From Octopus sinensis (taxonomy: Eukaryota), in the NCBI RefSeq assembly GCF_006345805.1, contig NC_043000.1, positions 91,078,001 to 91,142,000 on the forward strand: a stretch of DNA of 64,000 nucleotides, written 5' to 3'. Below are positions 40,145-53,067 of this stretch, piece after piece. The first letter of the stretch is position 1, and each line of letters begins with the position of its first letter. Both the position numbers and the translations under genes were made by a program. The notes under the pieces are model-generated. The model was not told the DNA's origin. It did not search any database and saw only the letters and a program-made list of their open reading frames with translations.

Positions 40145-40188
<44 letters not shown>

Positions 40189-40991
40189 GCAATGTTTATG
40201 ATTCTCATGTAAGACAATATGCATACACACACCGATATATACACATTATGTATATATACATACAAGCATACATATATATAAATATTATATATATATACTT
40301 ATACATACATATATACATATATATTTATGTATGTATATATACGCATACATACACATACACACACACTCATGTATAAACATATATATATATATATAAAAGA
40401 GTAAAGAGTAAAAGAGTAAAAGAGTAATATATATATGTATATGTATATTTTATACAAACACATTCACACACATACAAACACAAACATGCACGCACGCATA
40501 TATATATATATATACATAATATTTTATTGTCATATTTCCATATTTCTCAGGTATGAATATGAAGAAAAAAAGTTGAGATTCGTCATTCTTCTGCAGATGT
40601 AAAACACCTAACTGTTTGTAATTTTACACATTTCACAGTCACATTGGTCTGAGAAGTGACAGATTGAAAAACGGAAAAAAAAAATTATTTGGAATTTCTT
40701 AATTCCTGCTTGTCATCCCTAGCTTAAAACATTTACTGGTGAATAACAGTTTTAGGCTATATTTCACGAGCATGGTTTTATGCAAAATGATTTTTGAACA
40801 TAAATCAAGAATATTTCTCGATTAAAATTTATAAATAATGAATAATCTTCAACAAAAATTATGTTTCTAGATTATAATTTATGAATAATGAATAATGAAT
40901 TTTTATCAATAATTATGGTAGATTATATTATTCATTGAATAAGATTTAATAATGCTTCTAGATCAAAATATCTCGAATGTAGATCAATAAT

Positions 40992-41388
40992 CTTTTCTAC
41001 TCTAGGCACAAAGCCCGAAATTTTGTGGGAGGGGCCAGTCGATTAGATCGACCCCAGTACGCAATTGGTATTTAATTTATCAACCTCGAAAGGATGAAAG
41101 GCAACGTTGACCTCGATGGAATTGTAACTCAGAATGTAAAGACAGACGAAATACCTATTTCTTTACTACCCACAAGGGGCTAAACAAAGAGGAGACAAAC
41201 AAGGACAGACAAAGGGATTAAGTTGATTACATAGACTCCAGTGCTTAACTGGTACTTATTTAATCAACCCCGAAAGGATGAACGGCAAATTCGACCTCGG
41301 CGGAATTTCAACTCAGAACGTAAAGACAGACGAAATACCGCAAGGCATTTCACCCGGCATGCTAAGGTTTCTGCCAGCTCGCCACCTT
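40992..41388 (-). mobile_element. Dimeric SINE family B
   Basis: Same two-unit layout and tails as 21812-22240. Confidence 0.88.
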
Positions 41389-41424
41389 GAATGAAAGATC
41401 AATAATGCCTCTAGAAACTAGAGG

Positions 41425-41723
41425 CATCGGTTCTCAACTACGTTTTAGCTATGGATCCCTTGGATTATTATTTCTTTCTGGTGCACACCCATAGCCATTC
41501 GATATTTAAAAACTAGCTTTATAGATAATTCTTTCCAAATTCCTATTTTGTTATTTACACATTAACTTGTGTAGGCTAAACTAAGCAAAATGTGAAACAG
41601 AAATTTTTGATGATCCTTTAAAATGCTACTCTGTGTCTACTAATTATTCTTTTGCTAATGTGGACTCCTCAAAATCTTATGTGGAGCCTCAGTGGTCATA
41701 TGAACTTCGGTTGTGAAACACTG
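41425..41723 (-). mobile_element. hAT-type MITE (homolog of 14606-14936)
   Basis: Ends CATCGGTTCTCAAC / GTTGTGAAACACTG. Internal TTAAAAACTAG.TTTATAGA and CACATTAACTTGTGTAGG are reverse complements of the first copy. CTAGA in both flanks. Confidence 0.75.
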
Positions 41724-41924
41724 GTCTAGATTAATATTCATTGAATATTTTTACTTGTTTCAAGTTGTGGTCATGCAAGGTGGTTTCGTCATTATTGTGA
41801 TTTGTAGTTTATTTCTTTTTATTCCGATTTTTGTTGTAATCACGACGTATACTAAAGTCTGATGCCGATTCTTCATGTCTTAGATGTATTTCAGACCTGA
41901 ATTTTTTTAGATAATGTTCAGACA

Positions 41925-42105
41925 TGGCAGTGTGCCAAGAAGTTTGCTCTCAAACCCATGCGTTGGGATTCAGTGCCACTGCACGGCACCTTGGGCAGGT
42001 GCCTTCTACTACAGCCATGGGCCGACCAAAGCCCTGAGAGTATATTTGGTAGATGAAAATTGAAAGAAGTTCTTCGCATATCTATCTATCTATCTATTTA
42101 TCTCT

Positions 42106-42189
<84 letters not shown>

Positions 42190-42400
42190 ATATGTACGTA
42201 TGGGTGTGTGTACAAGTCTGTGTGTTAGCCCCATCACCTCTTGATAACCGGTGCTGGTTTGTTTACGTCTCCATAACATAACACTTCGTCAAAATAGCCG
42301 ATAGAATTGCCATCAAGCTTAAAAATACGTCCAGTTGACTAAACCCTTTCAGGTGATTTCCCAGCATGGCTGCTGTCCAATGACTTGAACAAGTTAAAGA
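41925..42400 (+). mobile_element. SINE family A, diverged, (TATC)n linker
   Basis: CCACTGCACGGCACCTTGGGCA.GTG, GGGCCGACCAAAGCC, CCAGCATGGC. Confidence 0.75.
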
Positions 42401-42584
42401 TAAAAAAATGAAAAAAAATTAGAGTGCGAAAAATACCGCTGCCCTTTGAAACCGGGGGGGGGGGGGAGGGGCGTATGTGTTACGTTGGAACATCATGAGG
42501 AAGCAAAAAAAGCAATACAATAGTGCAAATAGTATTTACATGAAACTACAAACCTTGCATGCTTTGGTCCCGACAAATAATCCT

Positions 42585-42790
42585 TCAATACGCAGAAGGG
42601 CTGAAATTTTGTGAGTGATGGTTAATCGACTACATCGATTCCAGTAGTCTACTGGTATTTATATCATCGATCTCGAAAGGACGAAAAGTAAAGTCGACCC
42701 CAGCAGCATTCGACCTCAAATCATAAAGACGGGCGAAATGCTACTAAGAATTTCATCCGACGTACTAACGATTCTGCTAGCACACCACCT
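42585..42790 (-). mobile_element. SINE family B
   Basis: CGAAAGGA.GAAA..AAAGTCGACC core and GACGGGCGAAATGC. Confidence 0.75.
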
Positions 42791-42999
42791 TTTTTGTCTC
42801 AGCATATAATTGCTTCCTACCTTCGTAATCAAAACACATGCAACGTACACACTTACATACGCAAACACATACACATATACAGATATACCCACACAATACA
42901 CACACACACTATACACATACATTCATACACAACAGCACATCTGCACACACACATCACATATATGTATATATATATATATATACATAAATACATACATGT

Positions 43000-43064
<65 letters not shown>

Positions 43065-43724
43065 GAGAGAGAGAGAGAGCGATATAGATATAGATATATA
43101 CATATATATATATATAATATATATATATATATATGTGTGTGTGGTGTGTGTGTGTGTATATGTGTGTGCGTATCTGTGTGTGTATACATATATTTATATA
43201 TATAGGCTGGCATTTATAGACACATACACACACGCACATACTTACACATATATGAATGCATATACGCAGCCACAGAAACAAGCACAGACGGTCCTGCGTA
43301 TGAACAATTATTCTTGGACGCATTTTATCAGACATATAAAGATAGTAATACGAAAATTAGTAGACAAAAGTAAAAGAACAAAAAAAAAAACCCCACAGAA
43401 AATACCCAAAAGAATAAAAGAAACAAACAAACAAAACATTAAGAGAATTACTCTGAATTTCAAGTATGACATTGATGGAACGGTATTCAAACAATATCTC
43501 AACTCATGAAAATATCCTTAGGTTAAATAACTGTTTATTCCTTAAGTGATATCAGATTGTGGAAGCCTTGTACAGTTAATCCTCAACCGCTTCTTCTTCT
43601 TTTTTTTTTTTGCTTTATTTTTGCATATATCTATATATCTACTGACATCAACAGATTGACTCTTAGTCACAGAAATGTATTCATTACAAATGGTACAAAC
43701 CATAAAAACAAGAAAAAAAAAACA

Positions 43725-43905
43725 GCTCATGGAAAGCACATATCAAGTCGAACAAAATGCTTCAAGGCATTTCTTCCGTCCTTACGTTCTGAGTTCAAAT
43801 TCCACCTTTCGGGATCGATGAGATAAGTACCAGTGGAATACTGGATTCGACGTCATCTACTTGTCCCCTGCCACCAAATTTCTGGCCTCGTGCCTATTGT
43901 AGAAA
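43725..43905 (+). mobile_element. SINE family B, internally deleted
   Basis: TTACGTTCTGAGTTCAAATTCC...CCTTTCGGGATCGAT...AAGTACCAG and tail GGCCTCGTGCCTATTGTAGAAAGG. Confidence 0.75.
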
Positions 43906-43918
43906 GGCTTCTTCTTCC

Positions 43919-43949
<31 letters not shown>

Positions 43950-43983
43950 CTTCTTCCTCTTGTTCCAGTGCATGCCATCAAAG

Positions 43984-44027
<44 letters not shown>

Positions 44028-44049
44028 CACACACACGTATATATATATC

Positions 44050-44166
44050 ACGTGATTACGTGACCGACCAGACCATCAGATGTTGTTACACATCGCTGGT
44101 CACAATGTGTTCGCATTGTTTTAACCTTCGAATGACGCCACCCCGCTGGCTAAGCGAGCAGGCCAA
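44050..44166 (-). mobile_element. Isolated tail of SINE family C (type 2)
   Basis: Nearly identical to 50214-50290 (CACATCGCTGGTCACAATG...GCTAAGCGAGCAGGCCAA). Confidence 0.8.
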
Positions 44167-44388
44167 TATATAGATATATATGCATATATATATATGCACA
44201 CACACATACGTCCGTACCCATATACATATCTATACGTCCATACGCACACATGCACAAACTCACACACACTCGCTCCCATTCATATGCACACCTTCATACA
44301 CCATTTTCACATACACACACGCACCTGTCGACCTTAGTTCTTTGGGGTCATCGTTACCGTTATTATTATTATTATTATTATTATTATT

Positions 44389-44945
44389 GAGTGAGAGAGC
44401 AGTTCATGCCATCAAAGTGACACTGGGGTAAAATATACGAAGCCCAGTATAGCCATCATGACTACACATCTGATAAGGGTAGACTAGGCACATGCATCAC
44501 AACCAGATGTGCGCGACATGGTGATCTCATATCAAGATAAACAGCGCATGACCTTGCAGGTGGGGCCCAGTTAGAATTTTCTTCAGGTCGAGTAGCCCAT
44601 CCTGCTCAAAAGGTTCTTGAATAAGGATTGTTTAAGGATGTTGAACGAAACACCCATGTTTCCAAAGGTGAATTATCCAAACCTCTAAGAATTCCTTTCA
44701 ACACATGGCTATGATGCTCCCTCACTACTTCTGCTCGTGATCAGGGATGTACATATCATTAGCCACTAAGTGACATGCTCAACTGGTTATGGTCAAACAA
44801 CTGACAAGCAAGTCTGTGGTATTGAGCAGAATATTTGCTGTAGCCCATCTTTTATACCAAGACAAATGAATGTATATGGTAACACTCCCAATCAGTTAAG
44901 ATCAGCAGCCATGAGAGCTACTGCCTGGTACTGCATCAGGGCATT
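44389..44945. mobile_element. ~555-bp non-coding interspersed element inserted in (ATT)n/(TAA)n
   Basis: Complex, GC-richer block with sharp boundaries to (ATT)n on both sides. No ORF of note, no TIR and no tRNA head. Confidence 0.55.
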
Positions 44946-44959
44946 TATTATTATTATTG

Positions 44960-45018
<59 letters not shown>

Positions 45019-45037
45019 GTTGTTGTTGTTGTTGTTG

Positions 45038-45072
<35 letters not shown>

Positions 45073-45106
45073 GTTGTTGTTGTTGTTGTTGTTATTATTA
45101 TTATTA

Positions 45107-45147
<41 letters not shown>

Positions 45148-45157
45148 TATTATTATT

Positions 45158-45372
45158 AAGGCGCCGAGCTGGTGGAACCATTAGCACGTCGGACAAAATG
45201 CCTAGTAGCATTTCGTCCAGCTTCATTATGTGAGTTGAAATGCTGCCGACGTTGGTCTTTGCCTTTCATCCTAACGGGGTCGACAAAATATGTGCAAGTT
45301 GAACACTTGATTATATGTAGTTGTCTATCACCCGTCCCTAAAATTTCAGGCCTTGTGCATTTTGTAGAAACA

Positions 45373-45419
<47 letters not shown>

Positions 45420-45617
45420 GGCGGTGAGGTGGCGGAATTTGTTAGCACTGCAGACTAAATGCATAGTGATTTTTTCTTCTGGCTTTGTCTTCTGGGTTCA
45501 AATTCCGCCAACGCCGACTTTGCCTTTCCTCCTATCGGAGTTGATGAGATAAGAACCAGTTGAGTATGAGGGGGGGGGACTATTCAACATTTCAGATCTT
45601 ATGCCTATTGTAGAAAG
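45158..45617 (+). mobile_element. Two SINE B copies separated by (ATT)n (45158-45370; 45419-45617)
   Basis: Heads GGCGCCGAGCTGG / GGCGGTGAGGTGG; core TTTGCCTTTC.TCCT. Confidence 0.8.
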
Positions 45618-45697
45618 GTTCATTGTTCGTCGTTGTGGTTGTTTAATGATTTTTATTTTCTAGGTGTTCGTTGTTTATCTTACACTTTATCAATTTT

Positions 45698-45759
<62 letters not shown>

Positions 45760-45778
45760 TATATATATAAATAAATAT

Positions 45779-45812
<34 letters not shown>

Positions 45813-45813
<1 letters not shown>

Positions 45814-46207
45814 GGCGCAGGAGTGGCTGTTTGGTAAGTAGCTTGCTAACCAACCACATGGTTCCGGGTTCAGTCCCACTGCGTGGCATCTTGGGCAAGT
45901 GTCTTCTGCTATAGCCCCGGGCCGACCAATGCCTTGTGAGTGGATTTAGTAGACGGAAACTGAAAGAAGCCTGTCGTATATATGTATATATATATGTGTG
46001 TGTGTCTGTGTTTGTTCCCCTAGCATTGCTTGACAACCGATGATGGTGTGTTTACATCCTTGTAACCTAGCGGTTCGAGAAAAGAGACGCGATCGAATAA
46101 GTACTAGGCTTACAAAGAATAAGTCCTGGGGTCGATTTGCTCGACTAAAGGCGGTGCTCCAGCATGGCCACAGTCAAATGACTGAAACAAATAAAAGAGT
46201 AAAAGAA
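45813..46207 (+). mobile_element. SINE family A, best-preserved full-length copy
   Basis: tRNA-like head GGCGCAGGAGTGGCTGTTTGGTAAG...GGTTCAGTCCC, internal TA/TG linker, core GAATAAGTACTAGG...GGGGTCGATTTGCTCGACTAAA, tail AAAAGAGTAAAAGA. Confidence 0.9.
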
Positions 46208-46789
46208 TATATACATATATATTTGAGTGTATGTGTATATATGTGTGCGTGCATGTGTACGTGTTGATACATACGTATATAGACGAATCGGACTGTGCGC
46301 GTATGTGTGTGCGCATAATTGTGTGCGTATATGTTATCTTTTCTATATAAAAAAACTGACATGATGAGAAAACCTGATGGTTCTATATTTGTTTTGCGCG
46401 CATTTATTATGTCTGCTATTTTTTTAACGATAATGTGGGTAAGGATATTGACAGGAGATGACCATTTTGCTTTAAGGGCATGAGTATATGATGTATTAAT
46501 ATAGATACATTGTTAATCACAGATGAGTATTCAAAGATTAAGAAAAAAGAAAATAGAAATAGATTAAGAAAAACATATTAATACGAATAAAAACGTGGTA
46601 AAAATTCAGTAAAAGCCACAGAATTATACAGTGATGTGTTTATTAGTGGTGACAACGATAAGTGAAAGTGATAATGGGAGAATAAGATGAGAGATGGATG
46701 TTGAAGAAGGGGATTATGATCATGATGAAGAGGCTGATAAGCATCATGAATCTTATGATGAGGTGGAGATTGATGATGAGCCCGTGATG

Positions 46790-46955
46790 AAACAATGATG
46801 AAAATCATGGAGAAAGATGATGATGGTGATGATGATGATGATAATGATGGTGATGATGATGATGATGATGACTATGACGAAATCGGCAACAATCACAAAG
46901 TTGATAATGGTGATGACGACGACAACGATGAGAATGTTGATGATGATGATGATAT

Positions 46956-46987
<32 letters not shown>

Positions 46988-47040
46988 ATGAGATTATATT
47001 GATAATGATGACCATAATGAAGATGATGGTATTGATGATG
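46790..47040. repeat. Degenerate (GAT)n microsatellite
   Basis: Directly visible; gives the poly-D and poly-M ORFs. Confidence 0.93.
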
Positions 47041-47759
47041 CATTGACTATTAACATCTTGCAACATTAGCCCGTGTTGTTTTCTTTGTCGCAATAAAAGA
47101 TAATACGAAAATATGAAAAATCTAAAATAAAAACATAAAACTCGACATAAACCTATATTTAATGTATATTTAATGAAACACATAAACACACACAAACATA
47201 CACGCACAAACACACACACACACACATACACATATATATACATACAAATGTGTATACCCACATATCTATGTAATTATGTGTGTAGGGAGAGAGGAGAGAG
47301 GGAGGAAGGGAAACAGAAAAATTAAAAGTGGAGGAACATTAAAGTGTCTGATGTCAAGTAAGTCAGCCTCAAATCATCGGTGTCAAATAGATGAGGCCAG
47401 AACAGCTGTGCCAACACGTCTCATACCATAGTCATCTGGTGAATAAGGCATTGTCAATGAGTCGGACGTTCTTCTATTTAATGTTTGTGTGTAGTACTAT
47501 AATTCTACTTTATGTGGAAACAATATTTCCATGTTGGTTTCTGCTAATGTTTGCTAAATAGCCAGGAAATTGCCGAAACAGAAAATTACCTTGTAAATGC
47601 TATGCAGAACTTCAGCTGTATCTATTCTCCTATATTTGAATGACTATATTAGTTACAGGCATCTTTGATTCATACCTCATTCATTAAGGTAGGAAATAAA
47701 TATACAAACATACAGACTCGTGTACTTACGTTTAGACACATATATGCTCATATCCTTAT

Positions 47760-48160
47760 TTTTTATTCTTTTTCTTTTCTTTTTTTTGTATCCGTCATTT
47801 GACTTCAGCCATGCTGGAGCACCGCCTTAAAGGATTTAGTCCAAGATATCGATCCCAGTACTTATTCTTTGTAAGCCTAGTACTTTTTTAATCGAACTCT
47901 TTTGCCAAACCGCTAATTTACGGGGACATAAACACACCAGCATCGGTTGTCAAATGATGGCGTGGGGACAAACAAAGATACACACACACGCACACACAAA
48001 TACCTATACATACGACAGTCTCCTTTCCGTTTTTGCCTACGAAATCCACTCACAAGGGTTTCATCAACTCGATGCTAAGGTAGAAAGCGCTTGCCAAAGC
48101 TGCCGCGCATTAGAACTGAACCCGCAACCATGCGCTTAGGAGACATGCTTCTTGTCACAC
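47760..48160 (-). mobile_element. SINE family A
   Basis: Reverse complement of GCGGTGCTCCAGCATGGC, GATGCTGGTGTGTTTA and GTGAGTGGATTT. Confidence 0.8.
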
Positions 48161-48634
48161 AAATTATTACTGTTAAAAAGTGACTCAAAGCCAGAGATAC
48201 GAACGAACTTAAGAGTCAGAGATTTATTTTTCCATGCAGCGTGAATTTAAGCTATTTCTGGAATTTACGATTTTAAATTTATGGTCGAAAAAGTCACTTG
48301 AAAAGTAGACATTTCAAATCATCAACTGGTAAAAGAGGGAATAGATTCGGGAGAATATGTAATGCAGACACAGACACACATAAACACACACGAACACAAA
48401 AGTCCTAATATACATATAAACATCCAATTTAATATACTTATACTAAACACATATAATATATATGAATACATTCATATACTCACACACACACACACAAACG
48501 CACACACATATTTAGCAATCTGTCTATTTATCTATGTATCAATCTATATATCTATATCTATCTGTCTATCTATCAATCTATCTATCTATTATATATATCT
48601 ATACAATAATATGTTACATTACTCGATAGTCAAG

Positions 48635-48693
48635 ATAAAACTCTGAGTTTCAGATGCCGAAGTGGAAATCCACAACACCATCTCTTCGGTTAT
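48635..48693 (-). ncRNA. Variant type I hammerhead-like motif
   Basis: Minus strand ATAA-CCGAAGA-GATG...CATC-T-GAAA-CT-CAG-AG-TT-TTAT. All three stems can form, but the core has U4->C, an extra U before GAAA and H17=U. Confidence 0.35.
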
Positions 48694-48739
<46 letters not shown>

Positions 48740-48762
48740 ATATTTATAATATTTTCCAAGTT

Positions 48763-48815
<53 letters not shown>

Positions 48816-48956
48816 CAATACATCCATACGTACATACATACATATAGCTTAAAATACACACTCATATATCTATTCTTTTTTATGTGTGTGTGAGTGTGCG
48901 TCTTTTCGTACTTAAGTCAGTGAGTTTGTGTGCTTGTAGATGTGCGTTTGTATGTT

Positions 48957-48991
<35 letters not shown>

Positions 48992-49412
48992 CATACCATA
49001 TTTTGCGATTGACTGTATTTCGATATATTGCTCGATATTTCTCTTTTAACTGTCTCTTTGTATTATCTATATTCACAAATCCTTATATATATATTGCAGC
49101 TCCAAATCTGATTATTCTCAGTTTCATTGTGTGTTCACGCTAATCGTTTTGCACGTAAAAAAAGTATTTTTGGTACCATTATAAAATATTTATCAATGTA
49201 ATTATTATTGCAACTAAGTACATAAGTTAATTTTAAAGATGACTTCTGCAGTTTGAGCGATCTCCTATTGTTTTGTATAACAAATTGGATTTGTAGTTGG
49301 ATACTTGTCAGATCTTTGTTTCCCTACATCATTGGTTTCAGTGTTGCAATGTAGAAAATTGTAACTCTATGAAGTATGACTTCTAGCAGCACATTATCAT
49401 CCCCCCCATATA

Positions 49413-49469
<57 letters not shown>

Positions 49470-49550
49470 TATGTATGTATGTATGATATGTATGTATTAT
49501 GTATGTATGTATATATATATGTATGTATATATACATATATATGTATTATA

Positions 49551-49608
<58 letters not shown>

Positions 49609-49654
49609 GTGTGTACATATATATGTATTATATCTATATATATATATATTATAG

Positions 49655-49770
49655 AAAGAGAAAGATAACCTTTTGTAAAAGTTCCTACAGATAATGGTTA
49701 TAGTTCCATACCGAAACTACTCGGTAATAATTTTTGATTTTTAAAATTAATAATTATTTACCCTTATATA
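49655..49770 (+). mobile_element. Penelope pLTR-like fragment with decayed hammerhead
   Basis: CAGATAA-T-GGT...ACC-GAAAC-TA-CTC at 49688-49722; two changes from CTGATGA, one from GTC. Confidence 0.3.
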
Positions 49771-49826
49771 TTATATAATATATATATATATAATATATAA
49801 ATATATATATAATATATATATATATA

Positions 49827-50210
49827 TACGAGCAAAATGCCCCCCGTGCAATGGACGGTGGTGATTTGTCAAACATTTAAACCAAATTTTCTCAGAACAA
49901 CTTGTCCGACCATCCCATGGGCTTCCCCTCTGAGAAACACTGATTTAACATAAATTTGAGACATCAGCAAAAGAAGAAATAAAGATAGACTTTTTTGTAT
50001 TCCAAGAAGAACGATTTTATAAATGCACGTTCTCACGGCTTTATCGATCGCATTCTCACCTCGAATCGCTTTTGTCATTTTTTCAAGACTTCTACACGCT
50101 CTGATACCGTCGGTATCTACATATCAAATTTGAGCGGAATCGGATGGAGGATGTTCGAGACCCTAGAAGACACACAGACAGACAGACAGAACGGATTTTA
50201 TATAATATAT
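49827..50210 (+). mobile_element. Non-autonomous Helitron-like (Lep1/DINE-type) element
   Basis: Starts TACGAGCA...CCCG. Ends CAAATTT.AG..GAATCGG...(GACA)n...TTTTATATAATA, the usual layout of these elements. Confidence 0.5.
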
Positions 50211-50213
50211 ATA

Positions 50214-50474
50214 CACATCGCTGGTCACAATGCGTTCGCATTGTTTTAGCCTTCAAATGACGCCACCCCGCTGGCTAAGCGAGCAGGCCAACAGAAGAAA
50301 GAGTGGGAGAAAGATTGGTGAAAGAGTACAGCAGGGATCATCACCCCCTGCCGGAGCCTCGTGGAACTTTTAGGTGTTTTCGCTCAATAAACACACACAA
50401 CGCCCGGTCTGGGAATCGAAACCGCGATCCTGCGACCGCGAGTCCGCTGCCCTAACCACTAGGCCATTATGCCA

Positions 50475-50478
<4 letters not shown>
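50214..50478 (-). mobile_element. SINE family C, tail type 2
   Basis: Head and body nearly identical to 16784-16960; tail differs. Confidence 0.88.
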
Positions 50479-50509
<31 letters not shown>

Positions 50510-50547
50510 ATATATATATATATATAATTATTTATATATAATATAAT

Positions 50548-50600
<53 letters not shown>

Positions 50601-51339
50601 TGTGCATGTGTGTGTAAGTGCTATTGACAATCTCCAGAGAGATAGAAATGCATTTGCTCTCACTCGCCGTTGCGAATGTTATATATCATTATATAACGTT
50701 CCCCCTCCCCTAATATATAAAAACGTTTATAAGCACAATGCAGATCTAAGAGATTATCTCCCAACAAATACCACGAAAAACTAAGCCTTCAGTAATGGAT
50801 TTATGTAAAATATGATATAAAGAGAGTTAATTTAATCTGATGCTGTTTCTTATGAATATAACGTATTTTTATTCAGCCGGACAGCCATTTGCAACACCGG
50901 TGAATGCTTATTCAATGTTATTGTATATATCGGTGACAGATAATTTCGTTTAAGCATGTGGCTAGTTGTGAGAAAAGCCTATAGACGATGATGTAGAAAT
51001 GCAGTTGGTGTTATCATTGAATGCTGCTGGGACGATGTTCGTCTCTCTCCGATATATATTGTGTTTTTAAACACAGCACGTCCATACGAGATGCAATTTC
51101 CGAATGAATTCGCCGTAACTTTGCTTATCAGCTTTATATTTACATTAAGTATGATACTTAGATGGAAAATACTACATTCCTTTTACCTTCATTCGCACCT
51201 CTCATTCACACCTGCCACATTCTCTCCCCCACCACGCTTAAGCCTCCTCACTATCCTCCTACACCACCACTATTCCACGCCACTTCATTTCATTCCACCA
51301 CTCACTGCCACACACACCAAGAAGCAACACTCGGCCCAT

Positions 51340-51510
51340 ACCTATTTCTTTACTACCCACAAGGGGCTAAACACAAAAGGAACAAACAAGGACAGACAAA
51401 CGGATTAAGTCGATTATATCGACCCCAGTGCGTAACTGGTACTTATTTAGACGATCCGTAAGGATGAAAGGCAAAGTCGACCTCGGCGGAATTTGAACTC
51501 ACAACGTAGT
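51340..51510 (-). mobile_element. SINE family B partial (core plus first tail)
   Basis: CCCACAAGGGGCTAAACAC...GTCGATTATATCGACCCCAGTGCGTAACTGGTAC...AAAGTCGACCTCGGCGGAATTTGAACTC. Confidence 0.88.
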
Positions 51511-51744
51511 GGATATCCTCTTATACATGTACTACCACCCGCTTCCTCCTTTCTTAATTTCACCCCTTAGAATCGCATTTTCACCTGGCCTCTAGCAGAC
51601 TTTCATGTCTTTTCTCATTCTTGCTGTTTTCTAATGGCCGAATCTATATTATTGTTTCATTACGTTATGACGCTTTTCCGTGTTGAGTGTTAAAGTAGCA
51701 TATTTGTTAAAACTTTCTCACCCTTGTTCTGTTATTTTTGTGAC

Positions 51745-51990
51745 ATATTGTCTAGTGCTTCACTCTCAATCGTGAGTTCGATTCCCGGAGCGAGCTGCAC
51801 GTTGTGTTCTTTAACAAAACACTTTATTTTACGTTGCTTAGCGATTATTTCGATATCACATGTGTGACACTTTTCTGTATCTGGTACAGGTAATTTCGAT
51901 TTGATGGAGAGAATGAGCTTATGTAAATCAGCATTTAAATCACTCTAAAGAAATCACTTGTATGGTTGTTCTGCAAGAAATTGCGGAACT
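51745..51990 (+). mobile_element. SINE family D, diverged
   Basis: GTTCGATTCCCGG...GTTGTGTTCTT...GATTTGATGGAG.GA.TGAGCTTATG...GGTTGTTC.GCAAGAAATTGC as in 25822-26117. Confidence 0.75.
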
Positions 51991-52439
51991 ATCGTCTGCA
52001 ATTTTATATGCGTGTGTGTGAGTATGCTTACACACACACGACTTTAGGATTAAGAAACAAAGCTATTATCCCTTTTCAAAATATTGGAAATGGATCTATG
52101 CCTGAAACTTATTTTAAGTAACAAAGGGTAATTAAATTCATCGTTGGGTTCAAACAAAAATATATTGTATATATCTAATTCAAAAGCATCCAAATATTAT
52201 ATTAATAAGAGATATCTTACAAGTTTTGCTTACACTGTACCCTGTCTGTGGTGAAATTTATCCTTCCAGTAGTGAAATTTAGCAAGAGATATTAAAAAAA
52301 TTTCTTTTTTTATATTTGAACATAAACCTATGAACTATACTTTGTTTCCAGCTCGATTCTACTTCCATTGTTTTGCTAAAGCGCCCCAGAAAAGAAAAAA
52401 AAAAGAGGAAAAAAACGCGTAACTTTATATCAGTTATAC

Positions 52440-52655
52440 TGATTTCAAATTTTGGTATAAGGCCAGCACTCTGGGGGAAGGGATTAGGTCGATTACATTG
52501 ACCCCAATATTCAACAGGTCCTTAATTTATCGATCCTGAAACGATGAAAGGCAAAATCAACCTTATCGGAATTTGAATTCGAAATGAACAGACGGAAGAA
52601 ATGCCGCTGTGCAACTTGTCCGGCGTGCTATAGATTCGGCCATTTCACTGCCTTT
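52440..52655 (-). mobile_element. SINE family B
   Basis: Core GATGAAAGGCAAA..C.ACCT..CGGAATTTGAA. Confidence 0.75.
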
Positions 52656-52980
52656 ACTATACATCATTTATATTACAATCGAATTCAAGAAGGCCATGAG
52701 AATCATTAAGCCTCATCTTTGTATTGTATATTCTAAGACATTGCCCCTAACATTAGTTATTATTAATGAAACAATAATAATTATCTTGTGCTAATCTTTA
52801 TAGTTGAAGTAATTTCACTTTACAGTGATACTAAAGTCCTTCAGAAAGACAATGGGCATAGAAAATCTCGTGTGTGTGTGTATATATATGTATGTATGTA
52901 TGTTTGTTGTTTGTATGTATGTATGTATATGTGTTGAGTGTGTTTATGTGAGTGATAATATATGTATGTATGTATGTATG

Positions 52981-53067
<87 letters not shown>

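Noticed and set aside
40535-40605. Acceptor-like TTTCTCAG followed by a short open frame
   Set aside because: No convincing donor or homology.
41780-41880. Minus-strand ATGAAGA...GACGAAAC as a hammerhead
   Set aside because: Core mismatched and stems I and III cannot be formed.
46795-47046. Acidic Asp-rich ORF resembling a biomineralisation protein
   Set aside because: Simple (GAT)n decay; no signal peptide or splice context.
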